DNA of 64,000 bases, from positions 62,001-126,000 of the forward strand of contig OZ025742.1 of assembly GCA_964019335.1 (NCBI GenBank), written 5' to 3'. Under the pieces are notes generated by a model, which did no database searches, had not been told where the DNA came from, and worked only from the letters and a program-made list of their open reading frames with translations. This document shows, one piece after another, positions 23,124 to 31,740 of this stretch (positions are counted from its first letter, which is position 1; each line of letters starts with the position of its first letter). Both the position numbers and the translations under genes were made by a program. The DNA comes from Diplonema japonicum. Lineage: Eukaryota; Protista; Euglenozoa: Diplonemea.

Positions 23124-25010
23124 ATGTCGTTAACAATATATGTGAAGCTGTACGGTGAGGAGATAAGCTTGGAGGTAACACAGCACGAGACGGTGGCTGA
23201 CCTGCGTCGTCGAGCGGAGGAGGCGTTCGGAGTTGAGGTCGAGTCCCTGCAATTAGAAGGCGAGACCCTGGAAACCATGGACGGGCTGCTGCAGGACGAA
23301 GCGTTGCAGTGTGTAGTGAGCGAAAAGGCCCTTGGCACAAAAACCTTGAGCGCATTAGGCGGCCAAGTAAACACAGAGGACTACAACGACAGCATCTTGA
23401 GCGGCAACATAGAAAGAGTGACTGCTTACGTAAAAGCAGGGTACTCAACGAATGTGATGTCCAAGGTTCTTGAATCTAAATCGGTTTGCATGCTTGAAAC
23501 TCTGGTTTCCCTTGGAATGAAGATCGACTGCTACACCGTCTCGAGATTGACAGAAAGAACGTTTTCGTTCATGCGAATTGCAGAGCTTTTCACAATGCAA
23601 GAATCGCAGAACGGGTACCCTTCAAATGTCAACCAGTGCATCTGTCCCGGCGAATCCCCGCTTTGCCTAGTTGAATATCTGCTTCAGAACAAAATCCGCA
23701 CCGCCAATTCAGAATATGCGGTGAACACCGCAATAGATAGAGGATGTGTAGAACTGGTCGATCTCCTCCTTCAACACGGGGTGGAAAAAAAACTAATGTA
23801 CGTGTTTTTAGCGGCAAAATCGGGAAAGCCCGTTGAGATGCTTAAATGTCTGTCCTCACACGGTCTGTCTCTCGATCTGACATACACCAATAAACACTGG
23901 ACACCTCTGTCTGAAGCATGTCAGTCCGATTACGGAAATAGCCTCGACGCTGTAAAATATCTGTGCACGACAACCCGTCTATCTGTAGAACGGAACGATG
24001 GGTACCTCGCAGCGCAGAGCGATTGCAATCCTTACGAGAAGGTACTGGTGATTCTTAAAAACCGGAAGGTCGCACCGGAGGGGTTCCTCCGTGTTCTGTT
24101 CACCAGACCGGGGTTCCCGTTTGTAGAAGCTTCAAAAACAATCCCGTCCATCCAGACACCCTTGGAAATCGCTGCGGCATATCTGCGATCCGACAAAATC
24201 CTGGCAATGCTTAAGATCGGTTTCAACAAAGGCCTTCAAAACGGAGCTGCGTTCAAATCCGCTGTGCAGCGTCGGAACTGGGCTTCCGCTTATACCGTTT
24301 TGACTTTTATGGACGGTGCCCAACCTTGGGTCTTAACTTACTGTTCCAACAAAATGAGCCAAACGATAGTTCACTACCTGGCTTCGGTTCGTAGATATAA
24401 GTGTTTGGAAGAGATCCTTGCTGTTCACGGAGGCGAGGTAAATATGCGTGATTCCTTGGGACGGACACCGGCTATGTTAATTGATAAGAATGCGAATGGT
24501 GCTTATGAAACAAAGAAGGTGCTTGAGGTGTATTCCTGTGTGTTTCTTAAAGCCGAGAACAGGTCTCAGAAAAAATTGCGCCGTAAGCAATGTTCTCACA
24601 GCGCCCACAGTGTCAAGCGGGGGTTCAGCAAAGCTGAACCGTCTTGTCTTCGGTATTACTTGCATCGAAGTGTTTTAAATCAAGCGGCATGCGACTGTGA
24701 TGGGTGCCTCACAGTACGTGAACAAGGGTTTTTTGACTGGAAGTGGCTTGATGAAGCGGATGAATTTGCGTTGGAAAACCCAAACATCTTCACCAAGAAG
24801 CAAGGCATAAAGGCGAAGGGCATGGGACGAAAATACGGTGGAGCGTGTCAGTCTCAGTGCCATAAAACCAAAAGGTACACGTTGTGTAAAAGCTGTTGGA
24901 AAACAACAAAGTGTGCCTGCCAGAACCTCCAAGGAAAGCCGAACAAAAAAAGAGAGAAGAAGAAAAAAGCGTCTAGCGACGCTCCAACGATAGCAATTCG
25001 TTATTGTTGA
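23124..25010 (+). CDS. Ubiquitin-like domain + ankyrin-repeat protein with Cys/Lys-rich C-terminus
   Basis: ATG 23124 after poly(A). UBL-like start IYVKLYGEEISLEVTQHETVADLR; ankyrin-like AIDRGCVELVDLLLQHG, WTPLSEAC and VNMRDSLGRTP; C-terminal CxCxxC and CxxC clusters. Confidence 0.75.
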   Translation: MSLTIYVKLYGEEISLEVTQHETVADLRRRAEEAFGVEVESLQLEGETLETMDGLLQDEALQCVVSEKALGTKTLSALGGQVNTEDYNDSILSGNIERVTAYVKAGYSTNVMSKVLESKSVCMLETLVSLGMKIDCYTVSRLTERTFSFMRIAELFTMQESQNGYPSNVNQCICPGESPLCLVEYLLQNKIRTANSEYAVNTAIDRGCVELVDLLLQHGVEKKLMYVFLAAKSGKPVEMLKCLSSHGLSLDLTYTNKHWTPLSEACQSDYGNSLDAVKYLCTTTRLSVERNDGYLAAQSDCNPYEKVLVILKNRKVAPEGFLRVLFTRPGFPFVEASKTIPSIQTPLEIAAAYLRSDKILAMLKIGFNKGLQNGAAFKSAVQRRNWASAYTVLTFMDGAQPWVLTYCSNKMSQTIVHYLASVRRYKCLEEILAVHGGEVNMRDSLGRTPAMLIDKNANGAYETKKVLEVYSCVFLKAENRSQKKLRRKQCSHSAHSVKRGFSKAEPSCLRYYLHRSVLNQAACDCDGCLTVREQGFFDWKWLDEADEFALENPNIFTKKQGIKAKGMGRKYGGACQSQCHKTKRYTLCKSCWKTTKCACQNLQGKPNKKREKKKKASSDAPTIAIRYC

Positions 25011-25567
25011 ATTTTTGTTGTTTTTTTTTTTTTCTTCTTTTTCAAAAAAAAAAAAATGTTTCATTACACTTTAATTTTATTTTTTTTTAAATCCCCTCCC
25101 CCCTCCTCCCTTGTTCTCGCATGATGCAGCATGCATTCTTGATTCCTTTCTTTAGGGGCAGCAATACTTTCGGTCTCTAGGCCTGAGTCTAAGGTGGGTA
25201 ACGACACCTCCCTTAAGCTAGTTAAGTTTCTAATTTGCGTTTTTTTTTTTTTTTTTTTTTTTTTTTTGCACAGTTTGAAATTTATTTTGCTCTTTAGCTT
25301 TTTTTTTTTTTTTTTTTTTTTTCTTCTGACGTCTTTCTCCCTTCTTAGGCTTCCTCTATTGTTGTCTCTAGCCTTCTAGGAAAGCTATTTTTTTTTAAAC
25401 ATCGCCTTTTTTTCTTCTTTTTTTTATATCCTAACCCTGAGTGGTCGGGTTTTTCTTTCTTTCTATCTTTCTTTCTTTTTCTTTTAAAACTCTTTTTGCG
25501 ACTCAATACCCCTCACACAGACTTCATTCGACTAATTTAAAAAAAAAAAAAACAAGAAGAAAACAAA

Positions 25568-26242
25568 ATGCAGAAGGCTATCGCAGCACTGATGATGGTT
25601 GCGGCCGTGTCGGCCCAGGACAAGGTTGTGGTGAACTTCTACGGGGAGTCCCTCTGACCCGGGTGTGATGCGGCCGTGAAAGGCCCCATCAACAGCACCC
25701 TGTCTGCTGAGGGCATCTTCACGATCATGGACTTCACCTACTACCCCTTCGGGAACGCTTACGTAAAGGTTGCTGAGTGCAAGGACAGGCAGGGGTTCCA
25801 GTGCTGGAACGAGAAGTGCGGGGCCGGTGTGACCAACCCCCCCAGCGACTGCTACACTGGCGACATTGTGTGCCAGCACGGGAACGGAGAGTGCTACGGG
25901 AACCTTGTGGAGACGTGCGTGAAGAACGCGACCAAGGAGGACGCTTCCAAGTACATGCCTTTCGTGTACTGCTTCGAGGCCGCTGGTGACGCCTCGCCCT
26001 CCCTCCTCAACAAGTGCGCCCCCATGTTCGGGTTGAACCCCCAGGTCATCAGCAGCTGTGCCGCTGGTCCCAGTGGGAAGGCCCTCATGGCCAAGGACGC
26101 CAAGGCGACCGCGATGGTTCAGGGCCGTGACTACGTCCCCTACATCACGGTGAACGGGAAGGTTCTTCAAGAGACCAGCCTCCTGCTCTACACCATCTGC
26201 CATGACTACAAGGGCACGAAGCCCCCTGGTTGCCCTTTCTAG
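25568..26242 (+). CDS. GILT (gamma-interferon-inducible lysosomal thiol reductase)-family protein, predicted selenoprotein (UxxC), copy 1
   Basis: ATG 25568, signal peptide MQKAIAALMMVAAVSA, then VVVNFYGESL-TGA(25655-57)-PGC aligning to GILT YYESLCPxC. Downstream GILT signatures PFGNA, CQHGNGECYGNLVETC and YVPYITVNG are in the same frame. 224 aa. Confidence 0.9.
25661..25700 (+). promoter_or_regulatory. Stem-loop 3 nt downstream of the in-frame UGA (candidate Sec recoding element); repeated at 27024-27063
   Basis: GGGTG/CACCC, TGATG/CATCA, C-C mismatch, GGCC/GGCC, loop GTGAAA, 4-nt 3' bulge ACAG. Function inferred from position only. Confidence 0.5.
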
Positions 26243-26930
26243 TCCGGGAAAAAGAAAAAAAAAAGAAAATTAAAAATGGAGTAAACGTGTGACAACAGCG
26301 TGAATGTGAGCCTTGTGTGGGGCTCGTTATTCCTTTTATCCCCACCCCCTCGCAGTGTGGTGTCTCGCTGTCTTTGCAATTGTCCATCCGCACTATTTCC
26401 TTCTCATCTTTCAGGAGCTTTTATGTCTTTTTTATTATCGACGGTGTACCTGTTCCTGTGATGCACCCCGCCGCTTCCAACCAGCCCTGAAAGGGTCGAC
26501 ACTGCGTAAGGAAAGGGATCCACCTTTTCAGCGGTGCGAAGAAACCCCTTGCTGGTCCAGGTGTGGGTGAGGAGGGACAAAGGTTCTCCTACACTATATT
26601 TTTAAAGATGCTTCTGGGAAGGTGTGGTGTTGTGGTGGCTTGCAAGGGGCAGTTCGAGGCTACATGGTGCTGAGGTGGGTGGGCTTTTGTGTTGTTCTTT
26701 CTTTTTCCTCACGGCGCCAACTTCTTTTATGGACCACCGAACGCCACTTTCCCGTACCTTTAGTTATGACAACACTGTTTTGCGATAACTACGGTACGGA
26801 AATTTTCCATTTTTTATGCCTTTTTTTCTTTTTTGACTTCTTATAGTTATAATTTGCGTTTGCTTTTTTTCATCCTCACACAGGCTTCATTCGACTAATT
26901 TAAAAAAAAAAAAAACAAGAAGAAAACAAA

Positions 26931-27605
26931 ATGCAGAAGGCTATCGCAGCACTGATGATGGTTGCGGCCGTGTCGGCCCAGGACAAGGTTGTGGTGAACT
27001 TCTACGGGGAGTCCCTCTGACCCGGGTGTGATGCGGCCGTGAAAGGCCCCATCAACAGCACCCTGTCTGCTGAGGGCATCTTCACGATCATGGACTTCAC
27101 CTACTACCCCTTCGGGAACGCTTACGTAAAGGTTGCTGAGTGCAAGGACAGGCAGGGGTTCCAGTGCTGGAACGAGAAGTGCGGGGCCGGTGTGACCAAC
27201 CCCCCCAGCGACTGCTACACTGGCGACATTGTGTGCCAGCACGGGAACGGAGAGTGCTACGGGAACCTTGTGGAGACGTGCGTGAAGAACGCGACCAAGG
27301 AGGACGCTTCCAAGTACATGCCTTTCGTGTACTGCTTCGAGGCCGCTGGTGACGCCTCGCCCTCCCTCCTCAACAAGTGCGCCCCCATGTTCGGGTTGAA
27401 CCCCCAGGTCATCAGCAGCTGTGCCGCTGGTCCCAGTGGGAAGGCCCTCATGGCCAAGGACGCCAAGGCGACCGCGATGGTTCAGGGCCGTGACTACGTC
27501 CCCTACATCACGGTGAACGGGAAGGTTCTTCAAGAGACCAGCCTCCTGCTCTACACCATCTGCCATGACTACAAGGGCACGAAGCCCCCTGGTTGCCCTT
27601 TCTAG
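26931..27605 (+). CDS. GILT-family predicted selenoprotein (UxxC), copy 2
   Basis: No difference from copy 1 seen; in-frame TGA at 27018-27020. Confidence 0.9.
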
Positions 27606-28244
27606 TCCGGGAAAAAGAAAAAAAAAAGAAAATTAAAAATGGAGTAAACGTGTGACAACAGCGTGAATGTGAGCCTTGTGTGGGGCTCGTTATTCCTTTT
27701 ATCCCCACCCCCTCGCAGTGTGGTGTCTCGCTGTCTTTGCAATTGTCCATCCGCACTATTTCCTTCTCATCTTTCAGGAGCTTTTATGTCTTTTTTATTA
27801 TCGACGGTGTACCTGTTCCTGTGATGCACCCCGCCGCTTCCAACCAGCCCTGAAAGGGTCGACACTGCGTAAGGAAAGGGATCCACCTTTTCAGCGGTGC
27901 GAAGAAACCCCTTGCTGGTCCAGGTGTGGGTGAGGAGGGACAAAGGTTCTCCTACACTATATTTTTAAAGATGCTTCTGGGAAGGTGTGGTGTTGTGGTG
28001 GCTTGCAAGGGGCAGTTCGAGGCTACATGGTGCTGAGGTGGGTGGGCTTTTGTGTTGTTCTTTCTTTTTCCTCACGGCGCCAACTTCTTTTATGGACCAC
28101 CGAACGCCACTTTCCCGTACCTTTAGTTATGACAACACTGTTTTGCGATAACTACGGTACGGAAGTTTTCTATATTATTTTATAATCGTTTTTTGTCCAC
28201 GCCACCAGCACAAGCCATGACACAGGTTGACGATACGGGAAAAA

Positions 28245-30749
28245 ATGCTGTCGGTTTTGCTGTGTGCTGCGATGGCGGATGTGGTGCACCTTTCAGAGAA
28301 GGGCGTGAAGGAGCTGGACCCTGTACTGGGTGGGGTGAAGAAGGTGAATTCGTTCAAGATGAAACTGCCAGAGTACCTCGAGGAGGCCAAGTACTACAAC
28401 ATTGAAGGAGCGCTGCGTGCTGGGAACAGTCTGGAGATGACCCCCTCAGGACCTGCACCTGAGACGTTCTACGTGGTGACGTACCACTGCGGCCATTGTT
28501 CCAAGGCCGTCGGGGGCGGCTTCAACGCTCAGCTTGTGAGCACTGGCTGGGAGGCCCGTGGTGGCAGCTGCGCACCCACATTCGAAACGGAGAACTACGA
28601 CGCACACCCCATGATGGTGTTCCGGAAGGAGCTCCCACCTGGGACGACGGCCTTCCTGAACGCTACAACGCATGGTCTCTTTGTAGGGGTGTTCTCAGTG
28701 ATCGCACAGGATGTGGAACCCTGCCCTGTTGATGCATCGCGTGCCATCCCAACCGGTCCCCAGCAACCCGCTCCTTGCAAGGCTTTCTGCATAAGCTCCC
28801 CGACAACGTTAACAACGACCGTCCACATCGATGGGCTCGGGGATGTGACAGGAGTGATCGACACGCTGAGAGGGCAGCAGCTGTTCCTCGGTATCCCATA
28901 CGCGGAGAGATTCGAGCCCTTCAAGCAAGCTAGAATGAACACCAGCTGGCCGGGCGGTGTGCTGAACGCCACCACCTACGGCGAGATGTGCTACCAGCCT
29001 GGTAGCCCTGACGTAAGGTTTGGATGCCACAACGGGAGCTCGTGGGGCCCTGCTTGGAATACGCTGCACCTCGAGAAAAGCGGGCGGAACTGCCTCAACT
29101 TGAACGTGTTCGTTCCGCTGCAGCAGCAACAGGGTCCGCTCCCTGTGATGGTCTTCATACCCGGCGGCGGTTTCTACGCCGGGGGGGCGAACGACGAGCA
29201 GCTGTGGCACTCGTTCGGAACGAATGTCATCCTCGTAACGATGAACTACCGCCTAGGGGTGCAGGGGTTCGGCTTCTTGAACTCGATGAAAACCGAGACG
29301 GGGTACAACGGGGGGAACTTCGGGGTTCGGGACCAACGCATGGCGCTGAGCTGGGTGAGCAGGTACGTAACCGCCTTCAACGGGAACCCTGGTAAAGTAA
29401 CTCTGTTTGGGGAATCCGCTGGCGGAACCTCCGTCGCGTTCCACTATACCTCAAAAGAGAGCCAACCTCTGTTCCATCAGGCGATCTTGGAATCGGCGGG
29501 CACTGCACAAGTGAACACTCAAGACTGGACCATTGCGAACACACTGCTGCTTGCGTCGACGATCGGGCATAGCGAGGCCGCGAAGCATGTCCCAGCAGTA
29601 CAGCAACACTGCCCTATTGATCAAGGGCAATGGACGTGGACGACCCTACCCGATATATACTACTACGCCGACTGCCTGAGCAACAAGAGCATTGTGATCC
29701 CAAAAGGCACGGGGCAGAACATATGTGAACAAGATGTCAGCTGCTTCGGCTACATCGTACTGGGGCCTTTGGCCAGCGAAGAAGAGGTACTGTTCATGCA
29801 TGAGCCGTTGATGCTGTACCGCGCGCAAGCAGTGGCGGTACTTGGCGGTCCGGTACAGGGCCACAGGGAGGTGTCGGTAAAGTTGATGCACGACTCCATC
29901 GCGTTCGATTGCCTGAAGACCCTTGGCAGCGGGACGCAAGCGGAACAAGCGCTGCTGGTGAGGTACACCACCTACATCGACGTGCACCCTGACACATTCT
30001 ACCATAACATGTGGTCGCCTTTTCCTGACGGCGTCACTCTCCTCGCTAACATCACAGATCTCATTGTTGACGGTGCTGGCGCAGACATCCCTGTCATGAT
30101 CGGCACCAACCTCGACGAAGGAACGCTTTTCATGAGCGGCATCACACACTTCATAGGCAACGACAGCAACAAAGCTGAGTACGAGCAGTGGATGATCGAC
30201 ACTTTCGGTCAGAAAGTCGGGGCTTCATCTACTCCTGATTATTTGCCGGATGAGTTAACCCGCCCGTTCCCATCAGCACATGGGGACTACTGGGTGTCCG
30301 CCATGCGCGCAGGAACTGACAGTCAATTTGCTTGTCGTGCTTACGAACTCTTGCATAACCATGACGCAAACGCACCTCATTATTTGTACCAGTTTACACA
30401 CACTTCTCAGTCGGATCTTGCTGTTAATGGTTCCATGTATGGGTATGGGAGTTACCACGGGCTGGAGCTGGAGTATCTGTTTCACTACAACCATTCTGCG
30501 CACAACACGAAGGATGAGGTGGAGCTCATGGACACGATGAGTTGTTTCTGGCAGAATTTTGCAGCGACGGGGAATCCCAATGACGGGCAGCATTGTTCGT
30601 CTTCTTTTTGGCCGGAGTACAGTAGTCTAACGGGGCAAACTCTTTCTTACCTGCAGCTCGATACTTATCCGTTTATGCAGAGCCATCCTTACACAAATGC
30701 TGAGAGGTGCATCAGAATCCTGGCTGCGGATCCCGTTTCAAACCCTTGA
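28245..30749 (+). CDS. Secreted type-B carboxylesterase/lipase with extra N-terminal domain
   Basis: Signal peptide MLSVLLCAAMA; FLGIPYAE, CLNLNVF, oxyanion GGGF, NYRLG, catalytic GESAG, GTNLDEG (Glu) and YHGLEL (His). Confidence 0.9.
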   Translation: MLSVLLCAAMADVVHLSEKGVKELDPVLGGVKKVNSFKMKLPEYLEEAKYYNIEGALRAGNSLEMTPSGPAPETFYVVTYHCGHCSKAVGGGFNAQLVSTGWEARGGSCAPTFETENYDAHPMMVFRKELPPGTTAFLNATTHGLFVGVFSVIAQDVEPCPVDASRAIPTGPQQPAPCKAFCISSPTTLTTTVHIDGLGDVTGVIDTLRGQQLFLGIPYAERFEPFKQARMNTSWPGGVLNATTYGEMCYQPGSPDVRFGCHNGSSWGPAWNTLHLEKSGRNCLNLNVFVPLQQQQGPLPVMVFIPGGGFYAGGANDEQLWHSFGTNVILVTMNYRLGVQGFGFLNSMKTETGYNGGNFGVRDQRMALSWVSRYVTAFNGNPGKVTLFGESAGGTSVAFHYTSKESQPLFHQAILESAGTAQVNTQDWTIANTLLLASTIGHSEAAKHVPAVQQHCPIDQGQWTWTTLPDIYYYADCLSNKSIVIPKGTGQNICEQDVSCFGYIVLGPLASEEEVLFMHEPLMLYRAQAVAVLGGPVQGHREVSVKLMHDSIAFDCLKTLGSGTQAEQALLVRYTTYIDVHPDTFYHNMWSPFPDGVTLLANITDLIVDGAGADIPVMIGTNLDEGTLFMSGITHFIGNDSNKAEYEQWMIDTFGQKVGASSTPDYLPDELTRPFPSAHGDYWVSAMRAGTDSQFACRAYELLHNHDANAPHYLYQFTHTSQSDLAVNGSMYGYGSYHGLELEYLFHYNHSAHNTKDEVELMDTMSCFWQNFAATGNPNDGQHCSSSFWPEYSSLTGQTLSYLQLDTYPFMQSHPYTNAERCIRILAADPVSNP

Positions 30750-30779
30750 TGCACTTAATTCCACTCTTTTTTTAAATGT

Positions 30780-30815
<36 letters not shown>

Positions 30816-31039
30816 GAACATATACGTATACAAATTGCGGGAAAATCTCCTGCGTGTGGACGGGTTTCTCTCTCTTTTTTTTTTTTTTTTCCCTCCTCTG
30901 TGGACTCGTTGTATTGTTAGGGAACTATTTACAGAAGAAAAATATGAGACAACTCACCTTGACTAGAGGGGCCGAAGTAGAGTGCTGACCTCGTGGTCTC
31001 CAGCCTTGGGGCAATCCTTAGGCAGGATTCACTTTTTCT

Positions 31040-31455
31040 TTTCGCGGCTTTGGGATTTAAGGTAGGTCCATCATCACTGACGTTTCGGTATTGTGAAACT
31101 TCTTCACCGTCCATTCTTTTTTTTTTTCTTCTCAAACACGTGTTTTCTCCCCCCCCCCCTTTTTTTTGTAACCATTGGTTAAGGTAACCTACCGTAAATT
31201 AAGAAAGTGTGTCCCCCCACCTTCGTGAATATAACAAGCAGAGAAAGAAAAAAACGGCAATCTTTTACCCGATTTTCGATTTGTTGTGCAAATTTTCACA
31301 AGAGTTGTTTCTTTTTTTTTTTTTTCTCACGTTATATAAAGTGCCGATTTTGTTGCCTCGCTCTTAAAATGTTTCCCTTGCCCCCCTTTTTTTTTCACCT
31401 TTCTTTCTTTCTTTGGGAGGCGACCCTGACTCTTGAACGCAGTCTAAATCCCCCC
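31040..31455 (+). repeat. Non-coding ~0.41 kb segment duplicated at ~33034-33438
   Basis: Shared blocks such as TTTCGCGGCTTTGGGAT..AAGGTAGGTCCATC..CACTGACGTTTCGGTATTGTGAAACTTCTTCAC, GTAACCATTGGTTAAGGTAACCTACCGTAA and CTTTGGGAGGCGACCCTGACTCTTGAACGCAGTCTAAATCCCCC. Confidence 0.9.
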
Positions 31456-31740
31456 ACTTCTATATCTCGTCGTTAAACTTTTTTTTCCTTCGCATGCTGG
31501 AGGTTCAGTCTCAAGGATAGAATTCGCACTCGACTTTGAGGCTACGGCCCCGGCTCACGGGGATGGACGGCTGGTATACAACAAGTTCGTACCCGCCTAC
31601 CGAATCGCACACTTAACGCCAAAATAGTGTTGCAACCAAAGCCCCATTTTCTTTTTGTTGTTTTCTTTCGTTCTATCTTTTAAAAAAGAAATACAAAAAA
31701 AAAAAAAAAAAAGAAAGAAAGAAAGAAAAAAAAAATTCCA

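Larger units (their letters stand above)
25511..28164 (+). repeat. Tandem duplication, two near-identical ~1.29 kb units (25511-26801 and 26874-28164; period 1363)
   Basis: Same 5' leader, CDS and ~560-nt 3' region at offset 1363, separated by a short unique spacer (26802-26873). Confidence 0.95.

Noticed and set aside
25120-25187. Possible C/D box snoRNA (ATGATGC...CTGA)
   Set aside because: Imperfect C box, no convincing terminal stem, and the guide complementarity cannot be verified without the rRNA sequence.
25655-25657. Genome-wide UGA reassignment or GILT pseudogene
   Set aside because: TGA terminates several intact genes in the window. The single stop sits exactly on the catalytic Cys with no other lesions.
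25532-26203. 223-aa minus-strand ORF (and its copy 26895-27566) antisense to GILT
   Set aside because: Shadow ORF expected from strong GC3 bias on the sense strand; no recognisable motifs. The same applies to 1204-2232 and 40233-41078.
25676-26242. ORF-track model of GILT starting at GTG 25676
   Set aside because: It would lack the signal peptide and the active-site motif; ATG 25568 with UGA recoding fits the family.
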